NCBI GenBank assembly: GCA_041690135.1
Contig: JAWLHY010000011.1
Location: 32,001-96,000 of the forward strand
From: Armatimonadota bacterium
Lineage (GTDB): Bacteria; Armatimonadota; SYMT01
Length of the DNA: 64,000 nt
Direction of reading: 5' to 3'
The position numbers were made by a program, and so were the translations under genes. The notes under the pieces are model-generated. The model saw only the letters and a program-made list of their open reading frames with translations, did not search any database and was not told the origin of the DNA. Positions 30,409-39,519 of the stretch are shown in pieces. Numbering within the stretch: position 1 is the stretch's first letter; each line of letters begins with the position of its first letter.

Positions 30409-31692
30409 ATGCTAGACCGAAGAGCCCTCCTGCAAGCCGGAGCCGCCGCGAGCCTGGGCGGAGTGGTCCCTGCCGTGGCGGCCGAAGCTCCGGCGACGAA
30501 GCCGCCGCGCGGCAAGGCGGACGCGTGTATCTTCCTCTGGCTCAGCGGGGGCGCCGCGCAGATGGACACGTTCGACCCCAAGCGCCTGGGCGATGGGAAG
30601 AAGGTAGCCGGCTCCGCCTATCCCTCCATCGAAACGGCCGTGCCCGGCATCCGGGTTTGCGAGCACCTGAAGCAGACCGCGGCGCTGATGGACCGCTGCG
30701 TGCTGGTCCGCACCCTCACCCACGACTTCGACGACGAGCACGCCGCCGCGACCAACTTCGTCCACATCGGCCGCAAGCCGAGCGGGACCATTGTCTATCC
30801 CTCCTTCGGTTCCATCATCGCCCACGAGTTGGGACCGAAAACGGATGAGGTGCCCGCGTATGTGGTGATGGGCTATCCCAACGTGGCCCGCGACCCCGGC
30901 TTCCTGGGGCCGAAGTACGGCTATGTCTACCTCACCCAGTTGGAGACCGGTCCCAACGGGCTGGTGCGCGCCCCCGACGTGGATGCGCGCCGCCAGGCCG
31001 ACCGGGAGCGACTGCTGGGCGTGCTGCAGCAGGAGGTCCTCCGCCGCAATCCCGGCGACGCCCTGGTGCGCACCCAGGCGGAGATCAGCCGTCAGGGGTT
31101 CCGGATGGCGGGACCGCGGTTCCTGAACGTCTTCGACCTGAAGCGCGAGCCCGCCTCGCTGCGGGAGGCCTACGGCAGCGAATTCGGCCAGCGCTGTCTG
31201 CTGGCGCGGCGGCTGGTCCAGTCCGGCGTGCGGTTCGTGGAGGTCTCCTCCAACCTCAACTTCCTGAACGGCACCGGCTGGGACACCCACAACGAAGGCC
31301 AGGCCAAGCAGCACCTGCTGATCCAGGAGTTGGACCAGGCGCTCTCCACCCTGATCCAGGACCTGGAAAAGCACCGGATGCTCGACACCACCCTCATCGC
31401 CATCGCCACGGAGTTCGGCCGCCCGCCGGAGTTCGATGCGAAGGGGGGCCGCGGGCACCAGTCCGCCGCCTTCACCGGCGTGCTGGCCGGCGGTGGGCTG
31501 CGCACCGGTAAGGTGATCGGCGAGACCGACGACCTGGCCAAGAAGATCGTGGAGCGCCCCGTGACCATCCCGGACTTCCACGCCACTATTCACGCCGCCC
31601 TGGGCATCGACCCGGCCAAGCCCCTCCACGCCGGCACCCGCCCTGTCCCCATCACCGACTACGGGAGAGTCATCACCGAGCTCTTCGGGTAG
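30409..31692 (+). CDS. DUF1501 domain protein (Tat signal)
   Basis: DRRALLQ, IFLWLSGGAAQMDTFDPK, GWDTH, TEFGRPP. Confidence 0.92.
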   Translation: MLDRRALLQAGAAASLGGVVPAVAAEAPATKPPRGKADACIFLWLSGGAAQMDTFDPKRLGDGKKVAGSAYPSIETAVPGIRVCEHLKQTAALMDRCVLVRTLTHDFDDEHAAATNFVHIGRKPSGTIVYPSFGSIIAHELGPKTDEVPAYVVMGYPNVARDPGFLGPKYGYVYLTQLETGPNGLVRAPDVDARRQADRERLLGVLQQEVLRRNPGDALVRTQAEISRQGFRMAGPRFLNVFDLKREPASLREAYGSEFGQRCLLARRLVQSGVRFVEVSSNLNFLNGTGWDTHNEGQAKQHLLIQELDQALSTLIQDLEKHRMLDTTLIAIATEFGRPPEFDAKGGRGHQSAAFTGVLAGGGLRTGKVIGETDDLAKKIVERPVTIPDFHATIHAALGIDPAKPLHAGTRPVPITDYGRVITELFG

Positions 31693-32072
31693 GGGTTCCG
31701 GACCGGGCGCAAACAGGATGGACAGGATGATTAGGATGGGGACGGTAGAGGAGATCCGCTCCCAGGGCTGAAGAGCCGGCAATGATCCGAGGTTCTACGA
31801 ATGCTTACAACAGATCTGTTGCGCAACAGTCTTGTTGTAAGCTCTCGTGACCAGAGCGCCAGAGTTGGTAAGAGCCGGATCGGAGCCCCGGAGGGGCGGC
31901 TAGAGGATAGCCGGGGGTGCAAGCCCCCGGACCCAGGGTGATTGAGAAGATAGCCCTGGAGGGGCGACCAGAAATCGGGCACCCGTCTCTGGGTAGGGGG
32001 CGAACCCCCGGAATGGAAGTTCCTTTGTGAATCGCCCCGGCGCATGCGTCCGTAGGGAAGGGGTGATAGAAA

Positions 32073-33431
32073 CTAGCCCGATCGCCGGCGGCCCACCTTC
32101 CGAAACAGCTCCTCGATCGCCTCCACCGCCGTCGACACTCCGTCTTCCGCGCGCACCTGGCGGCCGACCTCTTCGGCCCGCCGAGCGTAGGCGGGTTCCT
32201 CCAGCAGTGGCCGCAGCTCCCGCGCGGCCCGGACGGCGGAGTACCGGGCGCGGGACAGCGTCCGGCCCACGCCGAGCCGCGTGACCCGGTGCGCGTTGTC
32301 CGGCTGGTCGTGCGCGAACGGGACCACCAGCATCGGCCGTCCGGAGCGCAGTGCCTGGCCCGTGGTGCCTACGCCGCCCTGGTGGACGATGGCCGCCGCG
32401 CGGGGGAATAGCTCACTGTGGGGCGCGTAGTCGCAGGCGAACACCCCCTCCGGCAGGGGATCCGGCAGCCTGTTCCAGCCTTCCCGGCCGACGAGCAGCA
32501 CGCTCCGTCGGCCCAGGCGGCGGCAGGCCTCCGCGCTCTCCAGGTAGAAGTCCCGCGCCACCGCGACCGCCGACGACCCGAGGGTGAAGACCACCGGCGG
32601 CGGGCCCGCCTCCAGGAAGGCGGCCAGCTCCCGGGAGAGCCCCCGGCCCGGCTCGAGCCGGTCGTAGAACGGGAAGCCGGTGATCCGGGTGTGCGCCGGC
32701 CAATCCGGCTTCGGCTCCCCCAGCACCCGTGAGAAGAGCGCCAGGTTGAGATAGGGGGAGAATTGCCCCTCGAACATCGGATGCCCGGCGGGGGCTAACC
32801 CCAGCTCCGCCCGCAGCCGCTCCACCGGCGCCGCCCAGGGCCGGAACCGGTCCTTGCCCATCCGGAGCAGCGCCCCCATGACCTTCGGACCGAGTGCCGC
32901 GAGCCGGATCAGCCATGGATGCTCCGGTGGGACCGGCGGGTCGTAGGCCGAGATGAAGATCAGCGGCTGCAGCACTGTGGCCACCCACGGCAGCCCCAGC
33001 TTCTCCGCCGCCAGTGGCGCCCCGTAGGTGATGGGGTGGGAGAGGAGCAGGTCCGCGCCCCTTGCCGCCGCCAAAAGGTCCTCATACTGCTCCCGCACCC
33101 GGGGCATCAGGAATTTCCGCAGCAGGAACGCCTGCCCGTCCTTCGGGTCCATGATCTTCGCGATCAGCTCCCGCGCCTCGCTCTCCGGCGGCAGCTCCGG
33201 CCGGACCGGATGGAACCCCAGCCCCTCCCCCTCGACCTTGGCCCGGTAGAACTCGCTCGTCGCCAGGACCGGCGTATGCCCCCGTGCCCTCAGCCCCAGG
33301 CCCAGCGCGATATAGGGGTGCAGATCCCCAAAGGAGCCGAAGGTCGCCAGAACGATCCGCTTCCCCCGTTGTGCTCCCGCCCACTCCGGCCCCGTCTCCC
33401 GGATCCTCCCGGCTGTCTCTGCTCCCGCCAT
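32073..33431 (-). CDS. GT1 glycosyltransferase (rhamnosyl/sterol glycosyltransferase-like)
   Basis: LATFGSFGDLHPYIAL, VFTLGSS, VHQGGVGTTGQALRSGRP, PFAHDQPDNA. Confidence 0.93.
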   Translation of the reverse strand: MAGAETAGRIRETGPEWAGAQRGKRIVLATFGSFGDLHPYIALGLGLRARGHTPVLATSEFYRAKVEGEGLGFHPVRPELPPESEARELIAKIMDPKDGQAFLLRKFLMPRVREQYEDLLAAARGADLLLSHPITYGAPLAAEKLGLPWVATVLQPLIFISAYDPPVPPEHPWLIRLAALGPKVMGALLRMGKDRFRPWAAPVERLRAELGLAPAGHPMFEGQFSPYLNLALFSRVLGEPKPDWPAHTRITGFPFYDRLEPGRGLSRELAAFLEAGPPPVVFTLGSSAVAVARDFYLESAEACRRLGRRSVLLVGREGWNRLPDPLPEGVFACDYAPHSELFPRAAAIVHQGGVGTTGQALRSGRPMLVVPFAHDQPDNAHRVTRLGVGRTLSRARYSAVRAARELRPLLEEPAYARRAEEVGRQVRAEDGVSTAVEAIEELFRKVGRRRSG

Positions 33432-33674
33432 CGGAAGCCCTCCCTCTGCTTGCGAAATATTTCACAAGTAGTATAGCCAGAGAGAAGGCCTCTGTAGCCA
33501 GTCACAGATCCAGACTCCGACAGGTGAACCGACATGCGGCAGCCCAGAGTGCAACAGCGCCGCCGTGTGCGATCTACACTCGTGCTCCATCGTGCCACGT
33601 GGTAGAGATCCCTTGTCCTATGCAGGACAATCGGGAACGCAAAGGGTATATATTGTGTCTAATGAGTGAAGGGC

Positions 33675-33938
33675 ATGAGTAAGGCGGAGAAAGTGCGAGA
33701 TATGGCACATACGCTACTGCCGGGTACCGCCGATCAGGTGGAAGTCCGCGAAGTTAGCGCCGCGGAAGGGCGAGAGATACTGGACCAGGCAGCGCGGCGC
33801 TACCTGAAGATGAGCGGTGAGGAGTTCCATCGCCGGTATGAGTCCGGAGAGTTGATGAACGGGGTAGAGCACCCAGAGGTGATGCGGGTTGCTATGCTGT
33901 TACCCTTCGCCTATCCGGGTGAGGGGAATGGCCGGTAA
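33675..33938 (+). CDS. Small hypothetical protein, putative antitoxin
   Basis: ILDQAARRYLKMSGEEFHRRYESGEL; overlaps the start of the next gene; lower-GC context. Confidence 0.6.
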   Translation: MSKAEKVRDMAHTLLPGTADQVEVREVSAAEGREILDQAARRYLKMSGEEFHRRYESGELMNGVEHPEVMRVAMLLPFAYPGEGNGR

Positions 33939-34255
33939 GAATCCGAAAGAAGCGGTTATCAATTTTCTGAAACCGCGAGATCCTGGTGTTCCACTGGCAC
34001 CCGGCCGGCAAGAGCCACATCATCACGCCACACTTGCACATCGGCGCCGGGAGTGCGGAAAAGCTCCGCCAGGAAATTCAGGGGATGCATATCCCCACCC
34101 ACCGTGTTGCCATAGAAGATGTGGTACGGATGCTGATCCGGGAGTTTCGTGCGCAACCGCAAGTGGATGGCTGGGAGCAGGTTCTGGATGATGCTCAAGC
34201 ACGGTTCGAGCAGTGGCGCACGTGGAGTGGATCTGGTCCCCCACCAACAGAATGA
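33928..34255 (+). pseudogene. Frameshifted / internally deleted toxin-like gene (HWHP...PHLH type)
   Basis: ATG 33928 MAGKNPKEAVINFLKP joins out of frame at about 33976 to EILVFHWHPAGKSHIITPHLHIG...HIPTHRVAIEDVVRMLI. Confidence 0.55.
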
Positions 34256-34445
34256 CTCAAGCCGGTTAGGCGAGAGACTCATGAACCGCACGGACGGCCG
34301 AAGATGGGTCGCAAATCCGCCGCCGAATTACTCTGTGGCCTGCGAAAACTCCCCAGGAAGCGCGACGCCCGGTACCACCCTCGCCAGGTGGAAAAGATCG
34401 AAACGGTGACTTAGGCGCATTTACCCGACTTCCAGGCTTTAACAG

Positions 34446-35810
34446 TTATAGCACCAACCCGTCCAGCGGCTGATAACTGCTCTTCCTTGGGTTCCAGCGG
34501 GTGCCGCACATCTCGCTGATCACGGTCCACTCTCCGGCGGTCAGGTTGCCCTGGTGGTGGTACAGGAACCGCTGCAGCCCCGCCTCCCCGGCCGCTTCCA
34601 ACAGCAACTTCAGGTCCCGGGCGGACATCGGGTCGCCGTCGTGGGGGAAGCGGCCCGTGTCGACCCACGGGATGATCCGGGCGGGGTCGTCCACCGCTGC
34701 GAGCGATCGGTGGGTCTCGCGGGTCACCACCTGCTGGTAGAACTCCGGGCTCAGGGCGCACTCGAAGTCGCCGCGGTCCTCCACGCCCGGCAGCTCGATC
34801 CCGAACAGCAGCTCCACCACCGTCAGCGCGTCCCGGTCGCTCAGTGCCGGACTCCATTCGCAGAGGGTCTCCACGTAGCGGTACACCGTCCCCAGCAGAC
34901 CGTCGAAGCCCCGGTGAAAGAAGTAATGCTTGGGGTGGAGGTAGTCCATGCACCCGGCCAGGGCGCCGAGGTCCATGCCGGTGAGCCAGGCGAAGGCGGG
35001 CGTGCGGGGCCCCGTGCTGAGCTGCACGGGCCGGCTCACCTCCGCGTCCAGCAGGCTCCGCAGGCGCTGGAGGTAGCGGGTCATCGACTCCGCGCGGAAC
35101 TTCAGCCAGGCCAGCAGGTCGGGATCGCTGCCCAGGAGCTGGAAGGCGCCGAGCAGCCCGCCGCCCCGGCAGAGGTGGACGTCGCGCGGGGTGAGGGCAT
35201 GCAGCCGGGCGTGGAGACGCTCTTGCGCGGCGACGAGGGCCCGGTAATCGTAGCCGAGCTCCGCGCAGAGCGGCGCGATCTCGGGCGGCAGGTCGTGGAA
35301 GAAGTAGGGACGGTGGTTCAGGAAGTTGGGCGCAATCTCATAGCTCCACTCCGGGCCGTCCATCAGCGCCCCGTCCGCCATCGGGAACTGCTCCAGGGTG
35401 TCGACCATCCGCGCCACCCGGGCGCGCAGGCTCCGCTCGTCGTGCAGGTAATGGCCGTCTCCGCCGGGCCCCGCGCCGTTGTCGGCGTACATCACCATCA
35501 CGGTGAAGCCGCGCTCCTTCGCGGCCTGGAGCGTGTGCCTTAGCCGGGCGCGCTTCTCCGGCAGGGGAGTGGGCGAAGGCGGCGCCTCGACCCCGAGGCG
35601 GCGGTAGACCTCCGGGTTCGGCTCATAGGCGGGGGTGGGGGGCTCCTCGCCGCGCACGAACCGCCGGCCGGGCAGCAGCTTCTCCGTATTGAAGACCAGC
35701 GGCCCAATGACCATCCCCTCCACCCCGCCCTCGGCCCAGGCGTCGAAGATCCGCTCCGGGTCGGTCATCACCGACTCCAGGTCCCGCATCACATCCATCC
35801 AGAGCTTCAT
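34446..35810 (-). CDS. Conserved hypothetical protein (possible TIM-barrel)
   Basis: 454-aa ORF with strong GC3 bias and RBS; no family recognised. Confidence 0.8.
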   Translation of the reverse strand: MKLWMDVMRDLESVMTDPERIFDAWAEGGVEGMVIGPLVFNTEKLLPGRRFVRGEEPPTPAYEPNPEVYRRLGVEAPPSPTPLPEKRARLRHTLQAAKERGFTVMVMYADNGAGPGGDGHYLHDERSLRARVARMVDTLEQFPMADGALMDGPEWSYEIAPNFLNHRPYFFHDLPPEIAPLCAELGYDYRALVAAQERLHARLHALTPRDVHLCRGGGLLGAFQLLGSDPDLLAWLKFRAESMTRYLQRLRSLLDAEVSRPVQLSTGPRTPAFAWLTGMDLGALAGCMDYLHPKHYFFHRGFDGLLGTVYRYVETLCEWSPALSDRDALTVVELLFGIELPGVEDRGDFECALSPEFYQQVVTRETHRSLAAVDDPARIIPWVDTGRFPHDGDPMSARDLKLLLEAAGEAGLQRFLYHHQGNLTAGEWTVISEMCGTRWNPRKSSYQPLDGLVL

Positions 35811-35955
35811 GGTTCCTCTCCATCACCCACCCATCAGGTTTGAGCGCTGCCACCGGGAAGGGAAAACCGTAACCGACCGCAAACACTTCCCGCAATAGGT
35901 CCGGCAACCGCCGGGAATTGTCCTGCGGCTTCTTGCCGCATCCGGAGTTTCCTCA

Positions 35956-36423
35956 ATGCGAGCCTGGATACTGGCCACGGGGGCGGCTGGGGTGCTGGTG
36001 ACGGCGGCCGCCATTCTCCCGGCCGCCTCCGAAGAGGGTGAGGCCGCGGAGCGCAAGAAACTCGAGGGCACCTGGCAGGGGTACGTGGTCAACGGCCGGG
36101 GCGAGCGGACCGACCGTGGCGTGGCGAAGCTGACGGAGCTGGTCATCACCGGCGACACCATCCGGGCCCGCGACGACAAGCTCAGCTTCGGGACCGGCAC
36201 CTACAAGCTGAACCTGGACAGTAACCCGCGCCACCTGGACCCCACCGGGACCGAGGGGCAGGTCAAGGGCCTGGCCTTTACCGGCATCTACACGCTGGAG
36301 GGCGACACCCTGAAGTGGTGCGTCGCCAATCCCCGTAAACCCCGCCCCACCGAGTACCGGACCCAGGCCGCCGTGCAGTTCTACATGGTCTTGAAGCGTA
36401 AACCGGCCGATAACCAGAGGTGA
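35956..36423 (+). CDS. TIGR03067 (planctomycete uncharacterized domain) secreted protein
   Basis: KKLEGTW, GIYTLEGDTLKWC, RPTEY motifs; signal peptide. Confidence 0.85.
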   Translation: MRAWILATGAAGVLVTAAAILPAASEEGEAAERKKLEGTWQGYVVNGRGERTDRGVAKLTELVITGDTIRARDDKLSFGTGTYKLNLDSNPRHLDPTGTEGQVKGLAFTGIYTLEGDTLKWCVANPRKPRPTEYRTQAAVQFYMVLKRKPADNQR

Positions 36424-36576
36424 CCGGTGGCCAGGTAAAATGTTTTGAATTTCCCCTTCCGTTTATCTGCCTTTTCAGGGCTCTCGCTCTATACTGGAGA
36501 CAACTCGCGCCGGGGTTCCAGCCGGCGGCCGGAAGCAGAGGCGCGGGGGCGGTTGCTTGAGAAACGGAGCACGACC

Positions 36577-37308
36577 ATGCGTTCTGTTTGTAAGCGCGGC
36601 TTTACCCTGATTGAGCTTCTGGTAGTTATCGCGATTATAGCGATACTAGCTGCAATTCTGTTCCCGGTCTTTGCCAAGGCGCGCGAAGCCGCTCGCAAGA
36701 CCCAGTGCGTGAGCAACTGTAAGCAGATCGCTACGGCGATCTACATGTACGTGCAGGACTACGACGAGATTGTAGGTTTTGCCTACAACTATTGGGGGCC
36801 CGGTACCTACCCGGCCGGCAGCGTCAGTTACAACACCACCAATGGGCTGGTACCGCCCTCGGTCTACCTGTCGCCGTACATCAAGAACTTTGGCGTCTTT
36901 ACCTGCCCGAGTGCGACCCGCAAAACGCCCACGGCCGGTAACACGACGTACGGCTCGATGATCTCCAACTACGGTTGGAACTGGCAGATCACCTATATCC
37001 CTAACAGCTATCCTGCGTTCAGCACTCGCACCGGCCCGCTCTACGAAGGGGTGTCTCTGGCCATGCTCGATCGGCCCGCGGACACGGTGATCATGGGGGA
37101 TAGCAACCCCAATCGGCTCCAGGGCTCCTACATCTACCCGCACACCAACGCCTGGTCGGCGACCCAGGGTTACCAGGCAAAGCCGGTACGCCATAACGAG
37201 GGAGATAACTACATCTTCCTGGACGGGCACGCCAAGTGGTTCAAGGGGGAAACGATCCGGAACGCCGTCTGGACCTATAATGGCGGTGTCGGTACGACTT
37301 TCCCGTAG
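36577..37308 (+). CDS. DUF1559 prepilin-type / H-X9-DG protein
   Basis: [33 protein letters not shown]; [17 protein letters not shown]. Confidence 0.93.
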   Translation: MRSVCKRGFTLIELLVVIAIIAILAAILFPVFAKAREAARKTQCVSNCKQIATAIYMYVQDYDEIVGFAYNYWGPGTYPAGSVSYNTTNGLVPPSVYLSPYIKNFGVFTCPSATRKTPTAGNTTYGSMISNYGWNWQITYIPNSYPAFSTRTGPLYEGVSLAMLDRPADTVIMGDSNPNRLQGSYIYPHTNAWSATQGYQAKPVRHNEGDNYIFLDGHAKWFKGETIRNAVWTYNGGVGTTFP

Positions 37309-38535
37309 TTACACCCGGCGGAGTGAGAGGAGCGCCACCAGGACCGACGCCGACCCGATGATGGCGGTAAACAGCAGGAGGGTCGGCTGGAGTCCCAGGG
37401 CGTCCACGCCGCGGCCCACGGCGAGGATCGGCAGGGCCATGGTGGCATAGCCCGTGATGTAGAGGGCGGAGACGATCTCGCCCCGCCGGTCCGGAGGGGC
37501 CGCCTGGCTAACGACCGCCGCACTGCCGACGAAGGTGGCGCCGAACCCCGCCGCCGCGGCTATCGTGCCGAGCACGAACAACACGGACGAGGATAGGGCG
37601 GCGCCCGCCAGGCAGGCCGCCAGCCCGGCGGTCATCGCCAGCGGGCCCAACGAGAGCGTGCGCCGCGGGGGCTGCGGACCGGAAAAGAGCTGGGCGGTGC
37701 CCCCGCAGAACTGGAAGCCGACTACCACCAACCCCGCGAGCGCCGGGTTGCGGACGCCCAGGAGACGCGTGGCGAAAGTCGGCCCCAGCGCCGCGAAGAG
37801 ACTGCCGACCGACCACGAGAGGGCGAGCGCGCCCGCGGCCAGCAGGAATGAGCCGAGCATCGGGGAAGGGATCGAGACCCGCTGCGGCCGCCATTCCCGC
37901 AGGCGGAACACCGCCTGCGGCTCGGCCACGGGCCACCGGACGCGGTAGAGGGCGAGGGCCGTGCCTCCGGCGAGCGCCGCGACCAGTAGGAACGGCAGTT
38001 GCAGGGGCCACAGGTTGTAGTTCAGGCTCACTGCGGTCAAGGCCGGGCCGATCGCCGCGCCCTGGGTGAACCCGAGCGTGGCCAGGGTAGCCGCGCGCTG
38101 GCGGTTGCCGTTCGGTTCGACATCGACCAGTGCCGCACTGGCCGCGCCTACCAGGGCGCCCGTGCCGATACCTGCCAGCACGCGCGCCGCGACTAACCAC
38201 CGGAGGTCCCGCGCGAAGCAGAAGGCGAGCGCCCCGAGGGCCACCACGACCAGGGAAGGCACCATCACCCGCCGGCGTCCGATCCGGTCGGAAAGCGGCC
38301 CCACCAGGAGCATGGCAGCCAGCACGCCCACCGCATAGACGGCAAAAATCCCCGTCAGGGCGGAGGATGAGAACCCCCAGCGCTGTTGGTACAGGCTGTA
38401 GAGCGGGGAGACGACGTTGCTGCTGAGCGTGGCGATTACGATCGCCAGCGCCACGACCGCCGTCGCGGAAGAGCCGCCCGGGAGTTTTGTGGGCGCTTCC
38501 GGTCCGGCGGCCGCCGGGGTGTTCTGCTTCATCAA
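37309..38535 (-). CDS. MFS transporter
   Basis: SPLYSLYQQRWGFS, GPLSDRIGRR, about 12 TM. Confidence 0.92.
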   Translation of the reverse strand: MMKQNTPAAAGPEAPTKLPGGSSATAVVALAIVIATLSSNVVSPLYSLYQQRWGFSSSALTGIFAVYAVGVLAAMLLVGPLSDRIGRRRVMVPSLVVVALGALAFCFARDLRWLVAARVLAGIGTGALVGAASAALVDVEPNGNRQRAATLATLGFTQGAAIGPALTAVSLNYNLWPLQLPFLLVAALAGGTALALYRVRWPVAEPQAVFRLREWRPQRVSIPSPMLGSFLLAAGALALSWSVGSLFAALGPTFATRLLGVRNPALAGLVVVGFQFCGGTAQLFSGPQPPRRTLSLGPLAMTAGLAACLAGAALSSSVLFVLGTIAAAAGFGATFVGSAAVVSQAAPPDRRGEIVSALYITGYATMALPILAVGRGVDALGLQPTLLLFTAIIGSASVLVALLSLRRV

Positions 38536-38883
38536 GGCGGGGCTACTTCATGGGGTCGAGACGACGGGCCGCGGAGCGAAATACTTCAGGGCGACATACG
38601 AGTATTGCCGTTCGGCCCCGCCCCGGCAACGGCCGGAGTATAGCCTGCCGAAGCATTTGCTCGGCGTCAGGAGTTACCAGACAAGTCCGCGACCGGGCAC
38701 CCGGGTACCCACTTGTGGGTGTGGTGGGGACTTCGTGTTTTTTCAGGTGCGGTTTCAACCGCCGAGGATGAAGCCGGCGTTGAAGCAATAGACGTCGTCT
38801 GTGAAAAAACGCCCTCGGTCGGCGCAACAATTGCGCTATAATTCTTTCCAGGGCCAACCCGGCCCGGAAGGAGGTGAGCCCAT

Positions 38884-39216
38884 GTGAAACGGACGCAGGG
38901 CGCCCCTCCGGTGACGCTGTGTGTCGTAACGACCTTTCTGCTGGTGCTGCATGTCATGACGATCGTCTATGTCCGGCGTCAGATTCCGAAGCTCGAAGCG
39001 CGCGTGCAGCAGGCGTCGCCGCGGACCGCTCTCCACCGTAACTTCGAAAGCGACGGCATTCCACTCCGCTACCGCCCCTCCGGCACCCTATCCGGGGACG
39101 CGGGGCTACTGGCGGGGTTCCGGGAGATCAACGGCGCGCTCCCGAAGTATCTCTGGCTGACGGGTCTTTTCTTCCTCGGCAGCCTGGTCTGGCTCAAAGC
39201 GCCGCGAAGCAGTTAA
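38884..39216 (+). CDS. Small 2-TM hypothetical protein
   Basis: Strong RBS GGAGGTGA, two hydrophobic segments, downstream terminator. Confidence 0.6.
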   Translation: MKRTQGAPPVTLCVVTTFLLVLHVMTIVYVRRQIPKLEARVQQASPRTALHRNFESDGIPLRYRPSGTLSGDAGLLAGFREINGALPKYLWLTGLFFLGSLVWLKAPRSS

Positions 39217-39251
39217 GCACGCACTTATTTCCCATCATTCATTCCGATCTG

Positions 39252-39275
39252 GCGCCCCACCCGGGGCGCTTTTTT
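39252..39275 (+). terminator. Intrinsic terminator
   Basis: GCGCCCC-ACCC-GGGGCGC followed by TTTTTT. Confidence 0.75.
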
Positions 39276-39359
39276 CGGTCACCCTGCATCCTCGCCGGCT
39301 GGTTGGTTTGTTTCAAAGACTCCCGAGCATTGCCGGCCGCATCTTCCGCTTCCTGCTGC

Positions 39360-39450
39360 GCTGCGGCTGAACGGGCTCTTGGTGAACGGCATGGACTCTG
39401 CCCTTGCACCGATGGAGGACAGGCTTTCTGATGCTTGCCTCGCAGTGGCT
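39360..39450 (+). repeat. Diverged ~90-bp repeat family B (inverted copy at about 4777-4865)
   Basis: GCCCT(T/C)GCACCGATG(G/T)AGG(A/G)CAGGCTTTC(T/C)GATGC(T/C)TGCCTCGC(A/C)GTGG shared by both copies. Confidence 0.75.
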
Positions 39451-39519
39451 TCGCACCTGTCTTGCCAGGTGGGGTACCGCATTCCTCGGCGTATGCGAAA
39501 CCGCGAGGCCAATGATCCA

